From Chamaesiphon sp. (GTDB lineage Bacteria > Cyanobacteriota > Cyanobacteriia > Cyanobacteriales > Chamaesiphonaceae), in assembly GCA_965246715.1 (NCBI GenBank), contig CBDFFH010000041.1, positions 1 to 64,000 of the forward strand: a stretch of DNA of 64,000 bases. The letters are read 5' to 3'. Shown here one piece after another: positions 10,561 through 19,606 of the stretch. How positions within the stretch are numbered: position 1 is the first letter of the stretch; each line of letters starts with the position of its first letter. The notes under the pieces were generated by a model. That model was not told the origin of the DNA. It did not search any database and worked only from the letters and a program-made list of their open reading frames with translations. A program made the position numbers and the translations under genes.

Positions 10561-11448
10561 GTGATGGTGCGGAGCATGTTTAGGTGGGAGGAAGTTACTT
10601 TGGACGAGTTGCGAACGGCTTTAGAATTGGCTACCGAGGAAGAATTACAGCAGTTAACTAAGATTTTGTTCAGCCGGAAATTCAATCCATTGGATTATGT
10701 CCGCACTCCAGATTTAATGGAAGTCCAAAGTCAGGAGCGAGAGATCTGGTTGGATGCGATCGAGGATCGCTTTCGCTTTTTGGCAGCAGATGGCATTACA
10801 GTCTTGCAGGGCAGAACTCAAGGAGTTAGTTACCGCGAAGCTCTAGTCCGCGTCTGTAGATATCTTAAAATCCCCTATTCAACCCAACTCAGCACCACAG
10901 ACTTAGAAGCAGAAGTCTTCCTGCATTTAATGGGCAAAAGTTGGCATAAATTACCGAGTAGCGATCGCGGCGAACTCACTGCTAAAGTCCAAAAATCTTT
11001 AGCCCAGACTAAATTCGATCGACCCTTACCCGCCCACATCCAGCACGATCCGATTAAATTAATCTTAAAAGGTAGCAGTGCGATCGCGGTGAGTTCGGTG
11101 ATTAAACCGATGGTGTTACATCAGATCGCCCGACAATTTGCAATTCATTTTGCTACCTATGAAGTTGCCAAACAGACACTCGTGCGGGGCGGCATTGCCG
11201 TTACCAGCCAAGTGCAAAGTTATATCGCCATGTATATGGCAAAACGCGGTATGGCGGCTACAGCGACCCAGCAAGTGGCAGTACGCGGTGTATTTGCAAT
11301 TTTAGGGCCAGCCATGTGGGGCTGGTTTTTTGCGGATCTCGGTTGGCGATCGATTTCAACTAATTACGGGCGGATCATCCCAACGATTATGGCGCTAGCC
11401 CAAATTCGCTTGACGCGATCGACCGATTGGGATTTAGCATACGGTTAG
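10561..11448 (+). CDS. YaaW family protein
   Basis: LDELRTALELATEEELQQLT..LFSRKFNPLDY start and DLGWRSISTNYGRIIP end, typical of the cyanobacterial YaaW family. True start may be further downstream. Confidence 0.8.
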   Translation: MMVRSMFRWEEVTLDELRTALELATEEELQQLTKILFSRKFNPLDYVRTPDLMEVQSQEREIWLDAIEDRFRFLAADGITVLQGRTQGVSYREALVRVCRYLKIPYSTQLSTTDLEAEVFLHLMGKSWHKLPSSDRGELTAKVQKSLAQTKFDRPLPAHIQHDPIKLILKGSSAIAVSSVIKPMVLHQIARQFAIHFATYEVAKQTLVRGGIAVTSQVQSYIAMYMAKRGMAATATQQVAVRGVFAILGPAMWGWFFADLGWRSISTNYGRIIPTIMALAQIRLTRSTDWDLAYG

Positions 11449-11451
11449 GAT

Positions 11452-12054
11452 ATGACTGTACCCGTCGAGAAAAGCAGTTGGCGCTGGCAAGGCGAACAAC
11501 TCCAACAACAGCTAGGAGAATGGATCGAGGTCAAATTGCGCTCTGACGATCGCGATCTAAATCTCGATATCTTTCCCCCCTGGTTGGGTGGATTTTTAGT
11601 GCGGTTGGCCTGGCTGGTGTTAGCTGGGTCGATAATTTGGTTTGGTTATAAGGTTATCTATCCCTATTGGCAGCAGTGGCAAGCAAATAGATCGTTAAAT
11701 TTAGATGTGGGTAAAACGCCCGAACCAACATATACCGTGGCCGAATTATTAGCGAGATCGCAGCAGTTTCAACGCGATCGAGATTATACCCAAGCCACGC
11801 GGTGGTTGTACTTGGCAATGCTCCAACGGTTGAATGATGCCGATCTCATTCCCCATCAACCTAGTCGTACCGATCGCGAGTATCTTAAAATGCTAGGGAC
11901 ATTACCCTCGATCGAGATCGGTGAGGTCTTGGTATCGACCCATGAACTGCTTCATTTTGGGAATCTGCCGATTACAGTAGCAAGTTTCGAGCGGTGCCAA
12001 CAAGCTTATCGACAGATCGAGGAACAGCTTGGGTTAGTAGTTGGCAATTTGTAA
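11452..12054 (+). CDS. DUF4129 domain membrane protein
   Basis: One TM helix followed by DY..A.R.LYLA.LQRL...PSRTDREY motif; operon context with DUF4350 and MoxR. Confidence 0.8.
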   Translation: MTVPVEKSSWRWQGEQLQQQLGEWIEVKLRSDDRDLNLDIFPPWLGGFLVRLAWLVLAGSIIWFGYKVIYPYWQQWQANRSLNLDVGKTPEPTYTVAELLARSQQFQRDRDYTQATRWLYLAMLQRLNDADLIPHQPSRTDREYLKMLGTLPSIEIGEVLVSTHELLHFGNLPITVASFERCQQAYRQIEEQLGLVVGNL

Positions 12055-12060
12055 GCGTGC

Positions 12061-13266
12061 ATGGAAGACTTCCGGAAATTATTTAAGAAATATTGGAAAT
12101 TTGGATTATTAGCAATAATCGCGATCGTTTTATTAACTGTCTTCAGTGCGATGGGTGGCGATCCCAGACAGCCAGGATCGAGTTATAGTATCGCCGCAAA
12201 CGGATATAGTGGCTGGTATCAGACGATGCTCGATCGTGGCGCTAACATCCACCGCTGGCAAAAATCATTCGTACAATTAGCAAAATCTGAGACATATAGT
12301 GAGGGTACAACCCTGCTGCAAGTTAACAATAAATTAGACCGACTATACCTGAGTCGGACGCAAATAGATTGGGTCGCGCGTGGTAATACGCTCGTCGTTT
12401 TAGGCGCGACTGCTCCAGCGTGGGAAATTCCGTTTCGTCAGGATTTAGACAGCGATCTGGGTAAGGTTAGGATTGAAACTACGCGCAGATTCAAACAGAA
12501 GCTAATTGACATTGGTTTGCCGCCAAGTACACCGCTCCGATCGATTTTGAGCGATCGTGCTGGACATGTAATTACCCAATTCGATCTCAAGCAAGGTCGC
12601 GTTATTATTGCCACAACTCCATATCTAGCGGCTAATGCCTTTCAAGATTTTCTCCCAAACTATAAATTATTAGCTCAAATTGTTACCGACGATCGCCAAC
12701 AGATTTTAGTAGATGAATATATCCACGGCTATATCGATCGCCAACCGAAAGCGAAAGCAATCGTTCAAAAAGGTACTCCCATCGATCGCGAATCGATCGC
12801 TGACGATACTGACAAAATTGATGTTTTAGCATATCTATCCAAAACTCCATTTTTAATTGCCGTTCTCAATCTCCTACTGGGAACGATCGTACTCATCTGG
12901 CAGCAAAATCGACGGTTCGGGAAGGTAATTATCCCCAAAGTACCAGAAATAGAAAATAGTGAAGCTTATATCCAAGCTTTAGGTGGAGTATTACGCCAAG
13001 CCAATAGTAGCGATTTTGTCGTCCAGAAGATCGGTAAAACCCAACAGTTGTCCTGGCAAAGAAAATTAGGATTGGGGAGCGATCGACTTGTCACCGCACC
13101 GATCCTGATTAATGCTTGGGAAAAGCGCACGAAATTACCAACAGAAGATCTCCGCTATGTCTTACAATTGACGACAGCAGAACGCAGACTGACATCGATC
13201 GAATTGAGTATCTGGCTGGCCAAACTGCAAAATATCGATCGACTACTAAAGAATTATGAGTTATGA
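12061..13266 (+). CDS. DUF4350 domain membrane protein
   Basis: N-terminal TM, GSSYS...GY..WY, VDEYIHGY, second TM then RRFG motif. Confidence 0.8.
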   Translation: MEDFRKLFKKYWKFGLLAIIAIVLLTVFSAMGGDPRQPGSSYSIAANGYSGWYQTMLDRGANIHRWQKSFVQLAKSETYSEGTTLLQVNNKLDRLYLSRTQIDWVARGNTLVVLGATAPAWEIPFRQDLDSDLGKVRIETTRRFKQKLIDIGLPPSTPLRSILSDRAGHVITQFDLKQGRVIIATTPYLAANAFQDFLPNYKLLAQIVTDDRQQILVDEYIHGYIDRQPKAKAIVQKGTPIDRESIADDTDKIDVLAYLSKTPFLIAVLNLLLGTIVLIWQQNRRFGKVIIPKVPEIENSEAYIQALGGVLRQANSSDFVVQKIGKTQQLSWQRKLGLGSDRLVTAPILINAWEKRTKLPTEDLRYVLQLTTAERRLTSIELSIWLAKLQNIDRLLKNYEL

Positions 13267-13297
13267 ATCATGAATGTTATTAAATTAAAAATAATTG

Positions 13298-13404
13298 TAG
13301 TGGGACGACCAGACTAAAACTATGGGCATTTAGAGTTCTGAAACTACAATTAGTATACTTTCTGAGATCTTTTTACACACAGTTTTAGTCCGGTCACGCC
13401 AGTA
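13298..13404. mobile_element. ~107-bp MITE with TA ends (IS630/Tc1-like by inference)
   Basis: Imperfect TIRs TAGTGGGACGACCAGACTAAAACTATG versus reverse complement of right end TACTGGCGTGACCGGACTAAAACTGTG. Confidence 0.7.
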
Positions 13405-13408
13405 GCCA

Positions 13409-13617
13409 GTAGGGTGGGCATTGCCCACCAGATAGATTGTTGCTGAAAATCAATCGATCGACTGCCAAACTTTTCCGATACTTTCTCACCAATATATTAA
13501 CTTTATTGCAATCGAAGCTGATGCTGTGGGCATTGCCCACCCTACAAAATATGTGAGATGTGGACTGCTTTATTGCAATCGAAGCTGATGCTGTGGGCAA
13601 TACCCATCCTACAAAAT
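13409..13617. repeat. GTAG-type REP-like cluster with a ~48-bp duplicated unit
   Basis: GTAGGGTGGGCATTGCCCACC palindrome; TTTATTGCAATCGAAGCTGATGCTGTGGGCA..CCCA.CCTACAAAAT at ~13502 and ~13569. Related copy at ~54573-54593. Confidence 0.8.
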
Positions 13618-13664
13618 CTACGCAATCTAAAAACCAAATTATCTAACTACTATTCACCAACAAA

Positions 13665-14615
13665 ATGACTGAATCTCACTCAATCTTTAAAAGACTCGGT
13701 AGCGCCTTACAAGAAGTTGTCTTCGGACAGGAGCAAACAACTCAGCAACTACTCATTGCCCTCCTAAGTGGCGGTCACGTCATCTTAGAAGGTGTACCAG
13801 GGACGGGGAAAACGATGATGGTGAAGGTACTATCGCAACTGATTCAAGCAGATTTTAGGCGAATCCAACTGACCCCAGATATTTTACCCGCTGATATTTT
13901 AGGAACGAATATATTCGATCTCAAAAATCAGGAATTTATCCTGAAAAAAGGGCCAATTTTTACGCAGATTTTACTCGCCGATGAAATAAATCGCACCCCA
14001 CCCAAAACACAATCAGCATTACTCGAAGCAATGGCCGAAGGTCAAGTGACCTTAGATGGCGATCGAATGCCATTATCCGAACTTTTTTGGACGATCGCGA
14101 CCCAAAACTCGCTCGAATTTGAAGGCACATATCCGTTACCAGAAGCGCAACTCGATCGATTTTTATTCAAGTTAATTATCGATTATCCTGCTGCCGCCGC
14201 CGAGCGCGAAATGCTCGTAGGTGCGCTCAGCCAGCAACCAGGAGCCAGAGGCGACGCTAACCCGCTCCAACCCATCGCCACAGTTGCAGACTGCATCCAA
14301 GCCAGACGCGAGGTTCAAAAAGTAACAGTCAACGACAATGCGATCGATTATCTGCTCAACCTCGTCCGCGAGACGCGTCAACACCCCGATCTCAGTCTAG
14401 GAGCCTCTCCCCGCGCGGCGATCGCCTGGTTGCAAGCGAGCAAATCCGCTGCATGGCTCGATCTGCGTCAGATGGTCGTTCCTGATGATTTCAAACAAGT
14501 CGCCATCCCCCTGCTCCGCCACCGTTTAGTCTTGCGTCCAGAAGCTCAATTGGATGGTTTGCAAATAGATAAAGTAATCGCTGGAACGATCGATCGAGTT
14601 CCCGTTCCTAGATGA
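13665..14615 (+). CDS. MoxR family AAA+ ATPase
   Basis: GVPGTGKT, RIQLTPD, LLADEINRTPPKTQSALLEAM, EGTYPLPEAQLDRF, GASPR. Confidence 0.95.
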   Translation: MTESHSIFKRLGSALQEVVFGQEQTTQQLLIALLSGGHVILEGVPGTGKTMMVKVLSQLIQADFRRIQLTPDILPADILGTNIFDLKNQEFILKKGPIFTQILLADEINRTPPKTQSALLEAMAEGQVTLDGDRMPLSELFWTIATQNSLEFEGTYPLPEAQLDRFLFKLIIDYPAAAAEREMLVGALSQQPGARGDANPLQPIATVADCIQARREVQKVTVNDNAIDYLLNLVRETRQHPDLSLGASPRAAIAWLQASKSAAWLDLRQMVVPDDFKQVAIPLLRHRLVLRPEAQLDGLQIDKVIAGTIDRVPVPR

Positions 14616-14680
14616 AAATCGTAAGTTAGTCTTGATGTCAGTAGGGGTAATTTAGATATATCAGATTAAATATATTCATA

Positions 14681-15160
14681 ATGGCAATACCTCTACAGAC
14701 AATCAAAGATCGGATTCTGGAAATATATCAAGAGGTTGATACTAGTAGTAAATACTATGGTCAACTCGTTAATTGGTACAAAACTGGAGTATGGCATTAT
14801 GGAATCGGTATCAATAATACCTCGATCCTTGATACTGCTGTATTTGAACTATTTAAGAAATCGGACTTAAATATTCGATTGGTACCAAACGTTCAAAAGT
14901 TTACTCCAGCAGAGACAATCGATCGGTTATGTATGGCTATGATGTATTTTCGGGATTGGGATTATGGGTTACTAGGCTGGAATTGCGAGCATTTAGCTCG
15001 TTTAGTTGCTACAGATAAAGCTATTTCCTATGAAGTTAAAAAACTTCCGTTTCCACTTCCTCAACTAAATAATGATGGCTGGCATCCTCAAGCAAGTAGA
15101 TTGTTGAAAGAATATCGAGAATCTCATACTGACCTTTTTACAGAACTAATATTCTCATAG
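14681..15160 (+). CDS. LRAT/NlpC-P60-like (lecithin retinol acyltransferase family) protein
   Basis: WHYGIG and DYGLLGWNCEH motifs (His and NCEH cysteine); AT-rich gene. Confidence 0.7.
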   Translation: MAIPLQTIKDRILEIYQEVDTSSKYYGQLVNWYKTGVWHYGIGINNTSILDTAVFELFKKSDLNIRLVPNVQKFTPAETIDRLCMAMMYFRDWDYGLLGWNCEHLARLVATDKAISYEVKKLPFPLPQLNNDGWHPQASRLLKEYRESHTDLFTELIFS

Positions 15161-15330
15161 ACGGTTTATCTCTTGAGAAAGTAGTTCGGGGTATCCCCCA
15201 GGTTGAATCGATCGATCTACCCAAAAACCTTGCGATTACTTTGGTTGAGCGATCGAATCATAAATTAGCTTCGGGGAAGGACGATCGGGTAACTTAGATT
15301 TAAACCAACCTGCTCACACCGACAGCACGC

Positions 15331-17373
15331 ATGACTAACTTACCCTTCGACCCCCAAACTTTACCATCGCTGATCCAACAGGGGTATATCCTGAGCCAGA
15401 CTCACCCCAGCTTGCCGTTGACGATTTATAACTATACTGCCAAAGCTCAATTCGATCGATATTGGGTAGATGCGACATTGCACTGTCGGGGGTTGGTGTT
15501 AGATAACAATTATCAACCGATCGCGAGACCGTTACCTAAGTTTTTTAATCTCCAAGAATATCAGGGTAAAATCCCCGATGGTGTGCCAAATATTTACGAG
15601 AAGCTCGATGGATCGCTGATTATTTTGTTTCACTATCAAGGGCAGTGGGAAGTAGCTTCACGGGGCAGTTTTGCCTCAGAGCAAGCACACATGGCGCGGT
15701 TATTATTAGCTGATTATCAAGCTGATGTCGCTACTCTCGACACCGAATATACCTATCTATTTGAAATTATCTATCCTAGTAATCGGATCGTTGTAGACTA
15801 TGGTGACGATCGACGGTTGGTATTATTGGCGGCAGTACATACCGAGACGGGAGTGGAGTTAGCACATCATGAAGTAAATTGGATCGATCGAGCAGAAACT
15901 TATCCAGCGACTACTTTACCGGAATGGATTACATCGATCGATTCGCGCCAAGCTGAGTTGCATAACCAAGAGGGATTTATCCTTAGATGGCCGAATGGTT
16001 TTCGGCTGAAGTATAAACTGGCTGATTATGTCCGGTTGCACCGAATTATTACCAGAGTCCAAGCCAAGGATATTTGGGAATGTCTGAGCCAAAATCAAGA
16101 TCTCGACCAGTTTCTTGATTCCGTTCCCGATGAGTTTTATAACTGGGTAAAAGATACTAAGTTAGAACTAGAGACTAAATATCAGGCGATCGAAACTGAA
16201 TGTCTACAAGCATTTAAAGATTTAGGCGATCGAAAGGAGACTGCATTATATTTTCAGACCCAGAAATATCCTGGCGTTCTATTTTTGATGTTGGATAAAC
16301 GCGACTATCGTCAAGTCATCTGGAAGCTGATTAAACCTGACTATCAGCGTCCATTTCGATCGTCGCAAGACGACTCGCAAGCTTCGGATGTAGAAACTAC
16401 TAGCTTGGCTACCTCCAACCCTAACCCACCCCGCCCTATCGGGCACCCTTCCGAGGAGGGGAATAAGAGCAAGCGGGAGAGGAATAAACAGGAAGAGCGA
16501 GTGACGACAGCAGAGCCTAAACAAAAGATGTTGAAACTAATTATTACTAAAGGTTTACCTGCAAGTGGTAAAACAACTTGGGCAAAAGAATATATCCAAA
16601 AATATCCAGAAACTGCCAATCTTTGTAAAGATGATTTGCGGTTGCAACTGAGTGGTACGGGTAAACGAGAGAAGCGGATCGTGAAAGTGCGCGATTTGTT
16701 GACGGAGTATTATTTCGAGCAGGGTTATTCGGTAATCTGGTCGGATACCAATCTCAATCCCGTTCATCTCAAACGAGCAAACGAGTTAGCGGAAAAGTAT
16801 GCAGCTAAACTTGTGATTCAGGACTTTACTTATGTACCTTTGGTAGAATGTATCAAGCGCGATTTATTAAGGCCTAATTCTGTCGGGCAAGAAGCGATCG
16901 AGCAGATGTATTATGAATACTTGGCGCAGCCAGAACCAGCACCTACAATCGATCCAAATTTACCCGATTGTTATTTAGTAGATATCGATGGCACGCTAGC
17001 GATTAATAATAAGCGCAATCCTTTTGAGTGGCATCGAGTCGATGAAGACGATCTCAATCTGGCGGTAGCAAGGCTGGTTGAAAAACTGGGACGCGATACA
17101 ACGATTATCGTGTTATCCGGTCGATCGAGTGTTTGCCGTGACTTAACGATTGCATGGTTGAAGAAGCACAAGATCGAGCATCAAGATCTATTCATGCGAT
17201 CGGCTGATGATAGTCGTGCTGATGATATTCTCAAGTCAGAATTATATTATCTACATGTGCGTGGCAAATATAATGTGTTGGGCGTAATCGACGATCGACC
17301 GAAAGTTTGTAGGATGTGGCGCAATTTGGGGCTAAATGTTTTTCAGGTTGGCAATCCAGATTATGAATTTTAA
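15331..17373 (+). CDS. Fused T4 Rnl1-type RNA ligase / 5' polynucleotide kinase / 3' phosphatase (RNA repair enzyme)
   Basis: Ligase motifs CRGLVLD, PKFFN, EKLDGS, FEII, EGFIL, RLKYK; P-loop GLPASGKTT; HAD DIDGT, VLSGR, IDDRP. Confidence 0.9.
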   Translation: MTNLPFDPQTLPSLIQQGYILSQTHPSLPLTIYNYTAKAQFDRYWVDATLHCRGLVLDNNYQPIARPLPKFFNLQEYQGKIPDGVPNIYEKLDGSLIILFHYQGQWEVASRGSFASEQAHMARLLLADYQADVATLDTEYTYLFEIIYPSNRIVVDYGDDRRLVLLAAVHTETGVELAHHEVNWIDRAETYPATTLPEWITSIDSRQAELHNQEGFILRWPNGFRLKYKLADYVRLHRIITRVQAKDIWECLSQNQDLDQFLDSVPDEFYNWVKDTKLELETKYQAIETECLQAFKDLGDRKETALYFQTQKYPGVLFLMLDKRDYRQVIWKLIKPDYQRPFRSSQDDSQASDVETTSLATSNPNPPRPIGHPSEEGNKSKRERNKQEERVTTAEPKQKMLKLIITKGLPASGKTTWAKEYIQKYPETANLCKDDLRLQLSGTGKREKRIVKVRDLLTEYYFEQGYSVIWSDTNLNPVHLKRANELAEKYAAKLVIQDFTYVPLVECIKRDLLRPNSVGQEAIEQMYYEYLAQPEPAPTIDPNLPDCYLVDIDGTLAINNKRNPFEWHRVDEDDLNLAVARLVEKLGRDTTIIVLSGRSSVCRDLTIAWLKKHKIEHQDLFMRSADDSRADDILKSELYYLHVRGKYNVLGVIDDRPKVCRMWRNLGLNVFQVGNPDYEF

Positions 17374-17386
17374 GCGATCTCAGCCT

Positions 17387-17491
17387 CAGCGGTTAGAAAC
17401 CGCTGCTCGTGATGCAAAGTCCGCCTTCGCGGACTGAGATCTTAGTCCGCGAAGGCGGACTTTGTAAAGGTAGGCGCGATTTTAATCGCTG
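17387..17491. repeat. REP-like palindrome between convergent genes (possible terminator)
   Basis: Perfect 21-bp inverted repeat CAAAGTCCGCCTTCGCGGACT (17415-17435) / AGTCCGCGAAGGCGGACTTTG (17444-17464). The same family occurs inside the MITEs at 28730 and 32435. Confidence 0.85.
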
Positions 17492-17539
17492 GTACTGAGT
17501 AGCCATCGCTGCTGACAAATAATCTCGCGGCACCTACAT

Positions 17540-18577
17540 TCATATTCGATCGGGAGGCGGTGGTGGCAGATCCCCTGGCGGGGGCATTGGTGGTGGATCC
17601 AGTCTGGGAGGTCGTGCCAATTTTACAGGTGTACCACGATAACAGCCGACTGTATAGGGATATTCCCAGGTCGCGTGATAGTGATATTTGCTAAGCTTTT
17701 TGCCATCCCATTCGACTTCATGGGTGTGTCCGTGACAGACATCGAGGTCGTTATTCGTCATCACCTTACCGCCTTCGCTGCGATGACCGTAGATGCCAAA
17801 TCCATCTAGCGCGTAACCTAATAATGCCGAATGTCCTTTACCCCGATCGCGTTTGTCGAGGCAGGTGGTAATACTGTGGTAGTGATAGGTGCCGCGATGC
17901 TCGGGGTGTCCTTGACAGCTATCTTGGATTTCGTGAGCGACAGCATCTTTGCCATTGGCATCGAGCGCGTTAAATAAATAACCACCATTTAGCAGGATAC
18001 CGACTTGACCCATCGGTAAGCAAGTTGGCTCGGCGGCAAGTTCGGGGTTGGCGGTTAAATTTAGCGTGGCTGAAACCGATCGAATCGAGTTAGGATTGCG
18101 ATCGAATGCATAAGCATCATCTTTTGGTGAAATTGGGAAATTTCCCGTCGGATCTTGGGGGAGACGATTGCTGATAATCTCGCGCTGATTATCCTTCATG
18201 GCAATCTTAAAATCTCCCGGCCAATAGACATTCCCATTAACTGTGGGTTTGGTAGTGAAGTCATAAGTGGCGTTTTGGTGAATCCAATTGCCACTAGCAT
18301 GTGCGCCGTGTCTGCGCGGCCCGCCAAATTGCGTCCGACACGACCAGACAAATCCTTGCTCGGGTTTAGTCGAAATTCGCCCATCCCCAATCGGAATATG
18401 GTGGAGATCGACATTGGCAACTGAAGGCTTGTAGGCGATCGGATTATAGGCGACTGCTGGCGGTTGAAACCAGCTGTGATATCCTGTGGTCAATAATAGT
18501 ACCACTAGAAATAAGCCCAGCGATATCGCTCGACGGGAGTCAAATTTACGATTGCCTATTTTCCAGAACTGTCTCAT
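17540..18577 (-). CDS. YHYH domain exported protein
   Basis: N-terminal hydrophobic segment; DSCQGHP..GTYHYH; LGYALDGFGIYG; LDVCHGH; KYHYH; YPYTVGCYRG; Pro-rich tail. Confidence 0.88.
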   Translation of the reverse strand: MRQFWKIGNRKFDSRRAISLGLFLVVLLLTTGYHSWFQPPAVAYNPIAYKPSVANVDLHHIPIGDGRISTKPEQGFVWSCRTQFGGPRRHGAHASGNWIHQNATYDFTTKPTVNGNVYWPGDFKIAMKDNQREIISNRLPQDPTGNFPISPKDDAYAFDRNPNSIRSVSATLNLTANPELAAEPTCLPMGQVGILLNGGYLFNALDANGKDAVAHEIQDSCQGHPEHRGTYHYHSITTCLDKRDRGKGHSALLGYALDGFGIYGHRSEGGKVMTNNDLDVCHGHTHEVEWDGKKLSKYHYHATWEYPYTVGCYRGTPVKLARPPRLDPPPMPPPGDLPPPPPDRI

Positions 18578-18658
18578 TGCTTGAATAATCGATCGGAGAG
18601 TCACAATATGCACATATACCAATTGAACGATACATCTATGACAATTCGACCCGCTTCA

Positions 18659-18678
18659 TCATTACAGATTTGTAATGA
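18659..18678. promoter_or_regulatory. CusR/CopR/PcoR-like operator palindrome
   Basis: TCATTACA-GATT-TGTAATGA perfect inverted repeat between the YHYH gene and the divergent response regulator. Confidence 0.65.
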
Positions 18679-18893
18679 CGATCGAGTAATGCTAAGCAAT
18701 CGAGTAAATTGAAGATGTACCATCGTTCTAGTCAAGACGACAGGATCGATTTTGACGAGACTATGCAAGAGCCGTAACCTAGCTGGTGGAAAGTGTCCAC
18801 CCAGCAAACTACGATTTTTAAGCTTATTTAGATTTGGATATTTATTTATTTCGCTCGATCGACATTCATCATTTATAATTCCGCCTAGCGGTT

Positions 18894-19571
18894 ATGCACG
18901 TTCTCTATGTTGAAGATGAAATAAAAATCGCTGATTTTGTCCGAGCAGGATTGAAAGAGCGCGGCTTTGTCGTTGATTATTGTGATAACGGTAATGATGG
19001 TTATCTCAAAGCGATGGAGCATGAATATGATGCGATCGTCTTGGATATCATGGTGCCTGGGAAGGATGGACTGGCGATTCTCAAAGGTTTGCGTCAAGCT
19101 AGACGCAACATGCCAGTATTGTTACTGACGGCGCGGAATGAATTGGACGATCGATTGGAAGGTTTAAATCTTGGTGCGGATGATTATTTAACCAAACCGT
19201 TTTTTGTGGAAGAATTGATCGCGCGCATTTATGCGGTCGTCAGGCGTGGATCGGGCGAACACCAAAATTTACTCAGGGTCGGATCGATCGAACTCGATCG
19301 AATTACGCGAGAAGTTACTTGCGATCGACAGTCGGTAGAACTGACTACGCGTGAGTTTAATTTACTCGAATATCTGATGCGATCGCCTGGGCGGGTATTT
19401 ACCCGTACTCAAATCCTCGAACATGTCTGGGGCTATGATTTCAATCCCAACACCAATCTCGTCGATGTTTGTATTCAACGATTGCGGAAAAAGATCGAGC
19501 CGTTGGCGGGAATGGCCTGTATCGACAGCGTGCGGGGTGTTGGCTATCGGTTTCGCAAGCCCGATGAATGA
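18894..19571 (+). CDS. OmpR-family response regulator (CusR/CzcR-like)
   Basis: VEDE, LDIMVPGKDG, GADDYLTKPF, NLVDVCIQRLRKKI, SVRGVGY. Confidence 0.93.
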   Translation: MHVLYVEDEIKIADFVRAGLKERGFVVDYCDNGNDGYLKAMEHEYDAIVLDIMVPGKDGLAILKGLRQARRNMPVLLLTARNELDDRLEGLNLGADDYLTKPFFVEELIARIYAVVRRGSGEHQNLLRVGSIELDRITREVTCDRQSVELTTREFNLLEYLMRSPGRVFTRTQILEHVWGYDFNPNTNLVDVCIQRLRKKIEPLAGMACIDSVRGVGYRFRKPDE

Positions 19572-19606
19572 ATTATTAACCCAGACATTGACTTAACTAG
19601 CCAGCT

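Noticed and set aside
13394..13600. 68-aa ORF containing CRVGNAH
   Set aside because: Translation of REP repeat DNA.
15331..17373. Prophage suggested by the T4-like ligase/kinase
   Set aside because: No integrase or structural genes nearby, and the gene carries host-like CGATCG density.
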